From the NCBI GenBank assembly GCA_004431415.1, contig QPMI01000208.1:1-64000 (forward strand): a DNA stretch of 64,000 nucleotides, given 5' to 3'. The notes beneath the pieces are model-generated. The model was given only the letters and a program-made list of their open reading frames with translations. It was not told where the DNA came from and did no database searches. Position 1 is the first letter of the stretch. Each line of letters opens with the position of its first letter. The DNA comes from Cyanophora paradoxa CCMP329 (taxonomy: Eukaryota > Plantae > Glaucophyta). The position numbers and the translations under genes were made by a program. This document shows positions 15,679 through 29,500 of this stretch, in pieces.

Positions 15679-18598
15679 TCAGAGGGGGGCGCCGCCCTTC
15701 TTGAAAGCGCCGAAGCCGGCGAGAACGGGCGTGGAGCTGCCGGAGGGGGCGGCCTGCGCATGCGAGGCCAAGGCCGCGTCAGAGGGGGCGGGGCGGGGCG
15801 GAGGGAAGGGGGGCGGGGAGGGGGCGCCTGCATGGCGGCGTCGCGGAACTTGGCGAAGTCGAGGGAGCCGAGGCCCGAGACCGGATCCCAGCCCTCCGTC
15901 GCCGTGAAGCCGTAGCGGCAGCAGAACGGCTTCCCCGCCCCGTCCCACGCGATGCACTTGTTGTCCCCCGAGGTCACGTCTGCCCGCCCGCGACGGCCCC
16001 CGCGTCGGCAAGGGCGGGGGCGGCGCGGGGCAGGGGAGCCGTGGCGGGGGGCACCGTTGAAGATGTCGGGGTTGGAGTCGTGGAGGGAGTAGAGGAGGGG
16101 GTTGACGAAGCCGACGGGGGGCAGGCCGGCGGTGAGGCGCGCGTCGTTCACCAGCGAGAGCATCGCCGCGAAGACCGGCGTCGAGGCCGACGTCCCGTCT
16201 GCCCGCGCCACGCGCTCAGGCGGGGGCGCGCGGGGCGGGGGGAGCGGGGCGCGGGGCGCGCACCGACGCCGATGAGGCGGCCGCCGAGGTAGATGGCGTA
16301 CTTGTGGCCGGCGAGGGCGACGTCGGGGTAGCCGCGGTTGGCCTTCTTGAAGTCGCGCACGGGCGGCAGCGTGGCGCGGTCGAGGTAGGCCTGCACCGCC
16401 TTGTCCTGGTACGCGGGGCGCGCCATGAACGACGAGAAGCCGCCCCCCGTCGTGATCGACGCGCCCGTCGACACGGAGCACGCGACCTCGCCGCCGTTGC
16501 GCCCGAACTGGGTCGCCCCGACCGTCGTCACGAAGGGCGAGCTCCCGGGGTAGTCCGCGTTGAACGGCTCGCACTGCGCCCCCGCCCCCCGCTCGCCTCG
16601 CGCCCCGGGGGCCGCTCGGAGGGAAAGGGCCCCTGGGAGGGCGGCGGGACCTTGCTGGGGTCCTCGCGGGCCATGTACGAGGCGACGCCGTCGTCCCCCG
16701 AGGCGAACTGCGCGGGCCGGGGCGTCGGGGGGGCGCGGCGGGGGCCCCGGGCGGGGGCGGGAGGGGCGCACCACGAAGGAGAGGCCGCGGACGCCGCCCT
16801 TCTGGAACTCCACGTTGATCCGGTTCACCGCCTGCGCGCCCCGGCCGGTGAGGCGCGCCGGGGGGCCTGCGGCGCGGCAGGCGCGGGGGCGCGGGGAGGC
16901 GCGCACCGCGGCGCCGACCATCGACTCGATGCCGCCGTAGCTGAACGAGTGCACCAGCGGCGCTGCCGGCCGCGCGTCGGCTCGAGGGGGGGAGCAGCGC
17001 GGGCCGGGGCCGGGGGCCGGGGCGGGCGCACCGTCGGGGTGGTCAGAGAGGGCGGTCATGTACTCGAGGAAGGGGTCCGAGGTCTGCGCGGCCACGCGTG
17101 GGCGGGGGCGAGGAGGAGAGCGGGGCCGCTGACCTCGGAGGCGGTGATGGACCAGAACCAGGTGGGCACGTTGACGGCCACCGCCATGATGTACTGGATG
17201 TCCAGGCTGCCCCAACTCAGAGGGGCGGGGCGGGGCGGGGCGGGGCGCGGCGCGCACTTGGCCTCGCCCCCGGGGTTGTACTCCTTGTTGGGGCCGATCA
17301 CCTTGGCGACCTTCATCTGCGGGATCCCGAACTTCGTGAAGAACGCCTTCAGGTCCGCCGGGCTGCACCGCCACCGCCTCAGCGCGGCTGGCGGGGTGCG
17401 CGGGGGCGGCGCGCGGGCGGGCCTGTAGTACTGCCCGAGCGACTCGAAGACGGACTGGGAGCCCTTGCTCGAGGTCGCCGTGTTGGGGTTGATGTTGTAG
17501 AAGTCCACCAGCACCTGCCCCCGCCCTCGCAAAAGGAACGAGAAGGAACGCGCGCCGCGCCCCCGCGCGCCTGCGGGGTAACGATGCGGTCGTCCACCGT
17601 GGGCGGCGCGCCGCCGTTGGGCGGCGCCTCCAGGTCGTAGGTCCTGCCCGCCAGGCGCTGGATGCCTGCCGGGGGACCGTGGGCGGCGGCGGCCGGGAGC
17701 GGGCGGCGGGGAGCACGGGGCCCGCACGGTGGAACTTGCTGATGCCGCCCACGAAGTCGAGGTGGTCGGCGATATCCAGCGGGACACTGTACGAGAGCGC
17801 GTTGTGCGTGCGGATTCCTGCGCCGCCGTCGGCACGGGCGCGGCCGGCAGGCGCCGGCGCGCGCAGGCTGGGGGCGCGCGGACCCGACTCGATGTGCTCG
17901 AACTCGTGGAAATCGGCCTGCAGCATCTCCCGGGCGACGGAGCACGGGACACGGGCCTTGACGAAATCTCCGGTCATCGGGACGTGCATGTCCGCGTCTT
18001 TCACCCCGAACGAGGAGATCCAGGTCTTGACCGTCTTGGTCGACTCCGGCCGGCCGACGAGCGCGGAGAGCTCCTCCAGCGACAAGAACTTGCCGTATGA
18101 AGGCGACTTAGGGTCGGAGACAGCCCAGAACTTCCTCTGCAGGCCGCGGTTGGGCAGTTGGGACGAGAGTCAGGTCAGAAAAGTCGGGGTCTGACCTCCA
18201 GAGCGTCCAGATTGGACTGCTTTACGGCGAAGATGAGCGACAGAACATGATCGTCGCTCGTACGCGCTGCGCGCCGGCGCAGACAGCGGTCAGGCCGTGC
18301 TTTTCATACGACATAACTGGGGCAGCGCAGAAGCGCTTCCAAAGACAGACCCATCTGCCGCCAACCGAGCGGAGCAGCAGGGATTGCATCCTCCAGGAAC
18401 GCTGCGCGCGGGCCGGGTCAAGGGACGGCCGCCCAAGCGTCCCCAGCGACTCCCCGCTCGCCGCGCCGCGCGGGGCTCACCGCGAAAATGTCCCTTGTCC
18501 GCTAAGGGCCGGACCATGGAGGTCGCGCCGGCGGGTGCCAGGACGGCGCACGCCAGCAGGCCACACAGGAGCGCCGCAAGGCGCGCCGCGGAAGACAT
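15679..18598 (-). CDS. Sedolisin / tripeptidyl-peptidase I-like S53 peptidase (signal peptide + prodomain)
   Basis: Signal peptide MSSAARLAALLCGLLACAVL; prodomain VSDPKSPSYGKFLS; GGEA-x-LDIQYI, SFSYG, SGDDG, YPGSSPFVTTVGAT, GGGFS, RGYPDVA, GTSASTP, DVTSGDN, GWDPVSGLG. Confidence 0.92.
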
Positions 18599-18833
18599 AC
18601 CGCACGATCTGGGGTGCGCGTACACACAGCTGTCCGCCGCCGGAGATGCACCGCCGGCGAGCTTCTCTGACGCCCGTGCTGCGCCGTGCAACTTTGGGGG
18701 GTACCGATAGCAAGCTTCGACAACCTCAGCCTCTGCACGAGTTCCGCACTCTCGGATTCCCTTCTCGGCCTGTGAAGGCCGTGGCGCGCTCCTTAGCGGC
18801 CCGCTGGCGGCGCGGCTGGTGGCTCGCGTAGCG

Positions 18834-19704
18834 ATGACCACCGCTGCGCTGGAGGCGCGGCTGGCGGCGCTCGAGGCGGCAGTCGGCGTGCAGAGAGACG
18901 CGCGGGGCTTCCTGGACAGCCGCACCGCGCGGGAAGCCGTCGCAGAGGTCGACACGCTTTACAAGAGCGTAGAGTCGAAGGAGGTCGCCGAGTTCTTCCG
19001 CAAATGTGCGCATCGATCTTTCCGGACCTGCTCCTCCGCACTGACACACAGCGGCCCCGCAGACGCGCAACTGGACGCGTCGCTGTCGGCGGACGCGGAC
19101 CTGAGCTTCCTGAACAGCGAGACAAAGGCAGCGGTCATCCTGGCGAACGAGGAGATGCTGCGAGAGACCGCCGGCCACCTCGAGTCCGTCTCGAAGCTGC
19201 AGCAGTTCGTGGAGCCGGCGGGCCTCGAGGGCGCGCCCCCGCTCTGCCGCCCCGCCCCCGCCCCGGGCGCCCGCCTGACGCGGCGCGCGGCGCAGGCGTG
19301 CCGGGGATGGCGCAGCGGCTGAAGCCGATGGAGGCGCTGCGGGGGGAGCAGCAGGAGGCGGCGGCGCTCCTCGACGGGCGCCTCGAGGCCTTCCTCAGGA
19401 GCTACAACGACATCGTGCGCGCCCGCCCGCCCTCGCGCCGGCGGGGATGCCCCCGGCGCTGCCGTGCGACATCGAGTATAGCTATACGATACGGACGCTG
19501 CCGGGCCGCTTCAGAGCTCCGACCCGCCCCGCCTGGCGCCGCCCCGTCGCGCTTCGCCTCTAGATTCGGAGGGCGGGGCCGGGGCCGACGGGGCGGCGGC
19601 AGGTGGGGACGCTCTCGGAGAAGTTCGCGCACGTGGACATCCTCCTCTCCCACCTCGAGGCGAGCGTCGAGGGCGCCGCCGCCCCGGCCCCGGCCCCGAA
19701 GTAG
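18834..19704 (+). CDS. DCTN3: Dynactin subunit 3 (p22/p24)-like coiled-coil protein
   Basis: ~190 aa; LEARLAALE at the N-terminus, KAAVILANEEML, LRSYNDI|VGTLSEKF near the C-terminus. Confidence 0.72.
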
Positions 19705-20152
19705 CCGCCCTCGCGCCGACCGGCATTCTCTTCAAGTCTTGGCGCGCTCGTCGTGCGCCAGCGCCCGGGCCGTACGTAGATTAGCTGAAGGCAAGAGCAA
19801 GCCGTTAGCTGTGTGCATAAGTATACGTAGTTTTTTAGTCAATTGCTTTGAGTCAAGGCGTGGGGCCTAGTGGCCACCAGTTCGGACGCTAGCGGCTAGC
19901 GATCGCGGCATCGATATCCTGGACTCACAACCACTTCGAATTCGCAATTCGGCGAGGGAGAATTCACAAAGGATTCACGAGCGGCGAGCGGCGAGCGAGC
20001 GGCAGCGCTATCTAGCGGAGGATTCACGTCAATGCGCTAGGGCGGCAGGCGTCGGGTCGCGGCGGCCGGGCCCCGGCCCCGCCCGCACGGAGATCGCGCC
20101 TTCGCTGGCGCCGCTGTGCCGCAGCGGCAGGCCGGCCGACTCCACATCCACA

Positions 20153-23100
20153 TCACAGGCGCGGCCTCTTGTTCTCCTTGCCCGGCTGCGGCAGGCCTAG
20201 GGTCAGAGGGCGCGCTTCGACAGAGAGGCCGCGAGCCACACCGAAGCCTCGCCAAGCGCGCCCTTCGAATGCAGCTTGCGCTTGAGCTCCGCGAGGTCGC
20301 GCAACGCGGCCTCCCTCGCCTGCCGCTCTGCCTCCAGCTCCCGCCGCGCCGCCTTGGATGCACGCTGCGACGCGGTCAGTACTTCGGCACTTCCGGGCCT
20401 GCGCCGCCCCACTCGAGCTCGCCTCCAGCCGCGCAATCTCCTCCTCCAGCTCCGCCCGCTTCGCGGCGGCGTCGGCGAGGAGAGTGCTCTGGTACGAGCC
20501 GCTTCGTTAGTGTTGTTGGGTTGAAAAGCAGACCTAAAGCTCCGGACCTTCTCGTGGTGGACGGCCGCCGCTTCCTTCCGCACCTTCGTCAGCACCCGCT
20601 CTGTGTGCTCCGCCCTCTTCCGCAGCTCCGCAACGCTCGGCCCCTTGGATCCAATCACGACGAAGAAGAGAAGTGCGCCGTGGCGCAGGAAGCCGGCCGC
20701 CGGGTCCGCCACGCGGGCGAGGGTCTCAAAGCGCGTCCGTCCGAAGTTGACTTTCGATTCGAACATCTTAAAACTCGCCGGCACGCTCTTCCTCGGGTCT
20801 TCGTTGAGGAGCTTGACACAGAAGTCGGTCTTGAACGGAGCGCCGTCCGCTCGCTGCAGGTACACCGCGAGGTGCTCCTTGCTCCCGCCGTCGTCGTTCT
20901 CTCCGTTCGGAGCAATCTCCAATTTCCTGCCGAAGACTAAGCCCAAGCGGCCCTAGGCCCCCTACGACGAGGGGCGGGGCCGAAAGCACACCACTGGTCG
21001 TTGCCCTCAGGTTCGAAGGAAGCATATCTGCGCCCCTCGCCCGTCGCCTCCTTCAGCTCGAGGTAGTCCGGCACAACGACGATGAACGATTCGCGCTGCG
21101 GGCCGGCGCCGGGACGTCGCAGTCACGCGGCGGAATCCAACCGCATCACATATGAGCACATGGCGCACCCCCTGATGCCCCGTGTGAAGCGCCTCCAGCG
21201 TCTTCCGCACGAGTTGCTCACTCTCGAGTCGCTTCTGAGCGCATCCCTGCCGTGCCATCAGCCCCCGATTCGAACCTAGCGCAGTGAACCGGCTCACCAG
21301 CAGGTCCGCAGTGTCCGGCCCCTTGGGCCCAATCTCGACGACGAAGACAAGCGCGCCGTCAGCCAGAAAACCGGCCGCCGGGTCCGCCACGCAGGCGAGG
21401 GTCTCGAAACTCGAACGTCCGTAGCGGATTTCGGTGTTGTCCATCTTGAAATCCACTGCCACAGTCTTGGTCGGGTCCTCGTTGAGGAGCTTGATGGTGA
21501 AGTCGGTCTTGAATGAAGCACCGTCCGCTCGCTGCAGGTACACCGCGAGGTGCTCCTTGCTAGCACCGTCGCGATCGTCGTTCTCCCCGTTCGGAAATAG
21601 TTTAAAATTCCTGCAGGAGGGTGAGCCCAAACGGCCTCGGAACCCCCAGGCCTTCGACGAGAGGCGGGGGCCGAAAGCACACCACTGGTCGTTGCTCTCG
21701 GGCTTGAAGGAAGAGAATCCGCGCGCGTCGCCCGTCGCCTCCTTCAGCTCGAGGTAGTCCGGCACGACGACCACGAACGACTCGCGCTGCGGGCCGGCGC
21801 CGGGACGTCACGCGGCGAAGTCTGACCTCACTTCAGAACGTGGCGCACCCCCTCGCGCGCCGTGTGGAGTGCCTCCAGCCTCTTCTGCACGGATTGCTTG
21901 AGCTCAAGCCGTTTCTGAGTGCATCCCTGCCGTGCCATCAGCCCCCGATTCGAACCTAGCGCAGTGAACCGGCTCACCAGCAGGTCCGCAGTGTCCGGCC
22001 CCTTGGGCCCAATCTCGACGACGAAGACAAGCGCGCCGTCAGCCAGAAAACCGGCCGCCGGGTCCGCCACGCAGGCGAGGGTCTCGAAACTCGAACGTCC
22101 GTAGCGGATTTCGGTGTTGTCCATCTTGAAATCCAATGCCACAGTCTTGGTCGGGTCCTCGTTGAGGAGCTTGATGGTGAAGTCGGTCTTGAATGAAGCA
22201 CCGTCCGCTCGCTGCAGGTACACCGCGAGGTGCTCCTTGCTAGCACCGTCGCGATCGTCGTTCTCCCCGTTCGGAAATAGTTTTAAATTCCTGCAGGAGG
22301 GTGAGCCAAACCGGCCTCGGAACCCCAGGCCTTCGACGAGAGGCGGGGCCGAAAGCACACCACTGGTCGTTGCTCTCGGGCTTGAAGGAAGAGAATCCGC
22401 GCGCGTCGCCCGTCGCCTCCTTCAGCTCGAGGTAGTCCGGCACAACGACCACGAACGACTCGCGCTGCGGGCCGGCGCCGGGACGTCACGCGGCGAAGTC
22501 TGACCTCACTTCGAATACAGAACGTGGCGCACCCCCTCGCGCGCCGTGTGGAGCGCCTCCAGCCTCTTCTGCACGGATTGCTTGAGCTCAAGCCGTTTCT
22601 GAGCGCATCCCTGCCGTGCCATCAGCCCCCGATTCGAACCTAGCGCAGTGAACCGGCTCACCAGCAGGTCCGCAGTGTCCGGCCCCTTGGGCCCAATCTC
22701 GACGACGAAGACAAGCGCGCCGTCAGCCAGAAAACCGGCCGCCGGGTCCGCCACGCGGGCGAGGGTCTCGAAACGCGTTCGTCCACGGCCACGGCTGACT
22801 TCCGATTCGGTCATTCTGAAATCCGCCAACACGTTCTTGCTCGGGTCCTCGTTCAGAAGCGTGATAGTGAAGTCGGTCTTGAATGACGCACCGTCCGCTC
22901 GCTGCAGGTACACCGCTAGGTGTTCCTTGCTCCGGCTGAGGCCGTTCTGTCCGTTTGAGAAAATTTTCAAAATCCTGCTGAAAAGTGAGCTTAAACAGCC
23001 CGATTCACCCTAGGCCTAGGCCTGCAGCGAGAGGCGGGGCCGAAAGCACACCACTGGTCGTTGCTCTCGGGCTTGAAGGAAGAGAATCCGCGCGCGTCGC

Positions 23101-24459
23101 CCGTCGCCTCCTTCAGCTCGAGGTAATCCGGCACGACGACCACGAACGAATCGCGCTGCGGGCCGGCGCCGGGACGTCACGCGGCGAAGTCTGACCTCAC
23201 TTCGAATACAGAACGTGGCGCACCCCCTCGCGCGCCGTGTGGAGCGCCTCCAGCCTCTTCTGCACGGATTGCTTGAGCTCAAGCCGTTTCTGAGCGCATC
23301 CCTGCCGTGCCATCAGCCCCCGATTCGCACCTAGCGCAGTGAACCGGCTCACCAGCAGGTCCGCAGTGTCCGGCCCCTTGGGCCCAATCTCGACGTGGAA
23401 TAGAAGCGCGCCACCTTGCAAAAAACCTGCCGCTGGATTCGCCACCGTGACGAGTGTCATGAAACACGTGTCGCCGTGTTCGGATTTGGAGGTATCCATC
23501 TCCGCATCCCAAGAGATATTTTTGTCCGTATTCTTGTTCAGGAGCGTGATTGTGAAGTCAGTCTTGAAGGGTGCGCCGTCGGCCCGCTGTAAGAATATTC
23601 CAAGGTATTCCTTGAGATCTTCGTCATTACCGTCGTTGGTCCCGTTTGGATGAATGCGCAGTTTCCTGGAGGGCGGTTTAATTTGCGAGAGGATTTGGGA
23701 GCGGGGGGATGCGCAGGGGGAAGCAATAAAATTGCAAGCGAACCACTTCTTGTCGTATTCGGCGCCTGCCTTTATGATAAAATCAATGGTGGCTCGCTCC
23801 TCGCCTGTGTCTTCCTTCCGCTCGAGGTAGTTCGACAACATGACCAGAAACGACTCTCGCTGCGGTGGGTTCTTCACGCATGCATGCTTTGCTTGCTCGC
23901 ATCTCCGACTGTGCCTTTCGCGCTTCCACAGCGGTCCCTCCCAAACGCAGCCGTTGTCTTTGTACGGGCAGCTGAGAACACCCCCCATGCGTAAAACATC
24001 ATCAGGGTTAGAACTTAGAAAGCTCGGAGCAGCGCGGGCGGGGGGCCCAGCGACGCACAAGGTGAGCCGTTGGCGGAGCTCGGCCTCGACTTGCTTGTTC
24101 TCCTCGGAGGCGTCCTTGTTGATCTCCTGTCGGCACCTGCGCGTGCACAGACGGCCCCGATCAACACACGTACACGTACGCGTATACGTACAATCACAAT
24201 ATAATATTAATATTAATACTAGGCGTAATGCATATGCATGCGCAGCATAGCACACGGACGGGGCGCACGTTGGGCACACGGCCACGACGCCATTCTGGAA
24301 GAGCTTGTCATGACACGCCTTGCAGAACGTGTGCCCTCCATGGCAGCTGACGCGCATGGGGCCCACAAAAATGCAGAAGCAGATGGGGCAGTGGAGGTCG
24401 TCGTTAACGCTTGGCGGGTTCACGAACATCCCAGTCTCGCGCGCCACGCGTAGGGCCAT
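20153..24459 (-). CDS. TRAF-like protein: RING + TRAF-type zinc finger + five MATH domains + coiled coil
   Basis: RING CPICFCIFVGPMRVSCHGGHTFCKAC..CPT|CR; CPYKDNGCVWEG..H..C; five MATH units (W-x-x-KxxPNG..EHLAVYLQ..GFLADGALVFVVEI); probable end PGKENKRPRL*. Confidence 0.85.
20640..23400. repeat. Intragenic tandem repeat of ~680-690 bp (MATH exons, linker exon and introns)
   Basis: The block ccagcaggtccgcagtgtccggcccc recurs at about 21297, 21977, 22661 and 23352. Confidence 0.92.
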
Positions 24460-26501
24460 GTTTCTAACTCGATATCTGTAGCACCGGGTACCTGAATGGA
24501 AGCACACGAAGGCTTAAGCTTGTCGCCCTTGCGAAGTGCGGCTACCAGTACTGCGCATGTACAATCATAATCAGATCTAGGTCGAATCATGATCACATTT
24601 CTGGCGAAGTGGAAATGAATCCATTTTTACGTCGCACTAAATAATATACTCACGATCTGAGCGGATCAAATCTCGTTTGGATGAGTCTATAGTAGATAGG
24701 CACGCTTAATGACCATCAGCATTTCGAAACCGTCACAATTCTATAGATATAAGCCCTGGAAGAGCGGGGGGCCGGGGGCATTCGGAGTCGCGCGGTTATC
24801 TTTAAATTTTGAACCGCGGTTAGCATGCGCAGAACCTGCGGGCTGCTGCGAGCCAACACCGCTGAGAAGCTCTAACGCACCTAGAAGGTTTAAGACAATC
24901 TCCTTTCGATCGCAATGATCCTCTACGGGCGTACGCGCGTGCTGCTCGCGCGTGGCGCGGACGCGCCGCGCCGGCGTATAGCGCCAGGAGCTTCGGCCGG
25001 AGGCGTGGCCGCTGAACGATGAACTGATTTGCGCAAGAGAATGCGTCAGCGTGCGCGAGTCTTGGCGCTGATGCTGGCGCGATGTCGGATGCGCCGGGCC
25101 GAGTAGGAAATCTAGATCTGGATCCCCGGAGGCGCTGGCGCTGGCCTTTCGAAGCGCTGGATCTAGGGACTGCTTTACGCGCGCGGCGCTCCCGCGCTGT
25201 TGACGACCTTGCTGCAGCTACGATCAGAGCACATGTACCCCTCGAGCTCGGTCCCTGGGGTCCCAACTCCGGGTGAACTCCCTTGAAGTCACGTTGGCTT
25301 TTCGACGCCTCCTCCTTGAAGTCGCGCTACCCTGCCGGCTTTACGCTGACTGCAGGCCGATCTCGCTGGCTCTCGTGGGAATGGAATCATCGTCATCCGG
25401 CCGTGTCCGCAGTGCGCGTGCGATCGATCGATGTGCCTAGATCGCCTTCTGACGATCCGCGCGCTCGCTCGGCAGGCGGGCCGAGCAGAATGTCCGGAGC
25501 GAGCGGAGCTGTCCGGGGCAACCTACCCGAAGCTGCCTCGATCGCTGCGGCCGGCTTACAGGCCGATCGCTTTTCCCGAAACTGCTGAAGTTCCGACTGC
25601 TTTTCCCAATCGATCTGTACGTACCCCAGCCGCTGCTCTGCCGCCTCTGCGGCCTCTGCCGCTGCCACTGCGCACGCGCGGACGTACGTGGCTGCTACAT
25701 CGCAGCACTATAGAGGCTGCTCCTCGCTCGCGGTGCCAGCTTCATTGCCAGCTTGATTCGGGCTAGCGCCTCCGCTGTCGGCCCCCGGGGCGGCCCTCCT
25801 GGCCCGCAGCGAGCCATCCTGGCCCGCAGCGCCGCCGCGCCGCGCGCGCTCAATCCGGGCCGGCTCCGCGCGCCACAGACCGCCGGCGCCGGCGTCCTCC
25901 GGGGGAGTTCGCAGCGCCGTCAAGACCGTCCTCGACGTCCGTGCGCCCTCCCCGCGAGGGCTGCGGCCAAGCTGACAGGCGCGCAGTGAGCGGGCGCGGG
26001 AGCGTGCAGCTCGTGGTGTTTGTGGGGCGGGCCCTCGAGCGCCTTAAGTCGCAGGCGCGCCGGCCCCACCGTCTGCCCGCCGCCCGCCCGCCCGCCGCGA
26101 CTCACGCCGTCCTTCGTCCAACGCCCGGACACAGAAGCCGGCGGCGGCGGCAGTCGCACCCGCCGGGGCCGCGGCGAGCCTGTCGCGGCTCTCTCGGCTC
26201 TCTCCAACGCCCGCGTCCCCCTCGACCTCGCCTCCGAAACGATTGCGCCCGGCCGCCGCCCCCGCCTGTAACCCGCATTTACCGGCCGGCCGGCGCAGTG
26301 TGTTGCTCGCCTTCGAGCAGTACGAGTACTGCCGGCCCAGCGCCCGTCCGTCCTGCCCTGGCGCAGGGTGAATGTTGCGGCGGCGGCCCGCTCGAGCCGG
26401 CACAGCAGCCGCGCCCAGGAGTCGAGCGGAGCGGACAGTGCAAGGGAGGTTCGGCAGCTTCACTGTCTACGGGCCGGGGCGCCTAGCTAGTCCGTTGCGC
26501 C

Positions 26502-29500
26502 CTAGTCCGTTGCGCCCACCAGCCGGCAGCACGAACGCTGCATGACGCCACCAGGCAAAGCTTCAAGGCAAAGGCCCGGGCTATGCAGGACTACGTTTAG
26601 TTTGTTGTAAACGCCTCCAGCCGTCTCGGCCGCCCCGGCGTCCTGCGCGAGGGTGGGGGCAGTCGGCGGGGGCCGCGGCGAAAGAGGGGAAAGGGGGGGG
26701 GGTACCGAGGGCCCAGCACGGGGAAGCGGACCCGTCTCAGGAGAGACCATCGAGCGCGACCTCGAGAGACCCTCGGGAGGTCTGGCACCACCGGGGAACA
26801 GGAAGGCGAGGGGCCGAGGGCTCGAGAGCGGCCGAGAAGATCATGATGCTCGGGGGCGCCCGACGCCGTGGCTGTGGCGGCGGCGGCGAAAGAGTCAAGA
26901 ACGAAAGCGTGCCGGAAAAAAGAAAGAAGAAGCGGAAGCTAGGGCGGGGGGCAGCGGTGCGGACTTTCGCACCGAAGGGGTACCAGGCTCAGCGGGGAAG
27001 CGGAGGCTGCAGCGAGGCGAGCGGAGCGGAGCTCAGCGCCTTGCGGCTGTCCTGCGCAGGGCGCGGGCCGTCGGAAGGGAGGCGCGACAGTGGGGCGGGG
27101 GTGGGGGGGGGGAGGGGCGAGGGGGTACCAGAGGCTCAGCGGGGTAGCGGAGGCTGCAGCGGGGCGGAGCTCAGCGCCTTGCGGCTGTCCTGCGCGGGGC
27201 GCGGGCCGTCGGTGGGGGCCGCGACTGGGGGGGAGGGGGGGAGGGGTACCTTGGGCTCAGCGAAGGGGTACCAGTGGCTCAGTAAGTGGGCGAGAGAGAA
27301 AGAGTGCCGATAAACGAGGAGATCGCACCTGCCCACGGCATCACGCTGCAGCTCCGTATCTTCATCGTAAATCCGCTCGGCCCACGGCAAAACACCGCAG
27401 GCTCCTCCAAACTCGAGCGCCAACTGGCCCACGGCAAAACACCGGAGGCTTGCGAAGGAGTTGGCGTCGACTCCGTGTCGCCTGGAAGGTCATCTGCGGC
27501 AAAGTTAGCGTCTGGAAGCGCCTAGAAGAGCCGGGGGACTGTGTGGAGGCTTCGCGTGGACTCGGCGTCGATCTTCCGATCTCGACCTCGGCGGGCACCG
27601 CACAGTGTCCGCCCCGCCCGCCCGCCCGCGCAGCTGCAGCGCGCCCCGTCCAGGGTCCGCTCGCAGGTGATCCTAGAACGAGGGTCAGGCGAGGCGGCGC
27701 GCGCCGAGGCCGGTCTCGGAGGGGGCGGACCTTGGTCCAACGGCGTCACGCCGGAGACTCCTCCAGATCTCTAGCGCCAACCGGCCCACGACATAACGCC
27801 GGAGCCTCTTCTGGTTTGGCGTCGACTCGGTGTCGCCAAGCGCCTAGAAGGTCATCTGCGGCAAAAACCAGTGCAGCGGGACGGAGCTCGGCGCCTTGCG
27901 GCTGTCCTGCGCGGGGCGCGGGCCGTCGGTGGGGGCCGCGACCGGGGGGGAGAGGGGGGGAGGTACCTTGGGCTCAGCGAGGGGGTACCAGTGGCTTAGT
28001 GAGTGGGCGAGAGAGAAAGAGTGCCGATAAACGAGGAGATCGCACCTGCCCACGGCATCACGCTGCAGCTCCGTATCTTCATCGTAAATCCGCTCGGCCC
28101 ACGGCATCACGCCGAAGGCTCCTCCAAACTCGAGCGCCAACCGGCCCACAGCATAACGCTGCAGGCTTGCGTAGGAGTTGGCGTCGACTCCGTGTCGCCT
28201 AGGAAGTTCATCTGCGGCAAAGTTAGTGTCTGGAAGCGCCTAGAAGAGCCCTGAGCCGGGGGACTGTGTGGAGGCTTCGCGTGGACTCGGCGTCGATCTT
28301 CCGATCTCGACCTCGGCGGGCACCGCACAGTGTCCGCCCCGCCCGCCCGCCCGCGCAGCTGCAGCGCGCCCCGTCCAGGGTCCGCTCGCAGGTGATCCTA
28401 GAACGAGGGTCAGGCGAGGCGGCGCGCGCCGAGGCCGGTCTCGGAGGGGGCGGACCTTGGTCCAACGGCGTCACGCCGGAGACTCCTCCAGATCTCTAGC
28501 GCCAACCGGCCCACGACATAACGCCGGAGCCTCTTCTGGTTTGGCGTCGACTCGGTGTCGCCAAGCGCCTAGAAGGTCATCTGCGGCAAAAACCAGTGCA
28601 GCGGGGCGGAGCTCGGCGCCTTGCGGCTGTCCTGCGCGGGGCGCGGGCCGTCGGTGGGGGCCGCGACCGGGGGGGAGAGGGGGGGAGGTACCTTGGGCTC
28701 AGCGAGGGGGTACCAGTGGCTTAGTGAGTGGGCGAGAGAGAAAGAGTGCCGATAAACGAGGAGATCGCACCTGCCCACGGCATCACGCTGCAGCTCCGTA
28801 TCTTCATCGTAAATCCGCTCGGCCCACGGCAAAACACCGCAGGCTCCTCCAAACTCGAGCGCCAACTGGCCCACGGCAAAACACCGGAGGCTTGCGAAGG
28901 AGTTGGCGTCGACTCCGTGTCGCCTGGAAGGTCATCTGCGGCAAAGTTAGCGTCTGGAAGCGCCTAGAAGAGCCGGGGGACTGTGTGGAGGCTTCGCGTG
29001 GACTCGGCGTCGATCTTCCGATCTCGACCTCGGCGGGCACCGCACAGTGTCCGCCCCGCCCGCCCGCCCGCGCAGCTGCAGCGCGCCCGTCCAGGGTCCG
29101 CTCGCAGGTGATCCTAGAACGAGGGTCAGGCGAGGCGGCGCGCGCCGAGGCCGGTCTCGGAGGGGCGGACCTTGGTCCAACGGCGTCACGCCGGAGACTC
29201 CTCCAGATCTCTAGCGCCAACCGGCCCACGACATAACGCCGGAGCCTCTTCTGGTTTGGCGTCGACTCGGTGTCGCCAAGCGCCTAGAAGGTCATCTGCG
29301 GCAAAAACCAGTGCAGCGGGGCGGAGCTCGGCGCCTTGCGGCTGTCCTGCGCGGGGCGCGGGCCGTCGGTGGGGGCCGCGACCGGGGGGGAGAGGGGGGG
29401 AGGTACCTTGGGCTCAGCGAGGGGGTACCAGTGGCTTAGTGAGTGGGCGAGAGAGAAAGAGTGCCGATAAACGAGGAGATCGCACCTGCCCACGGCATCA

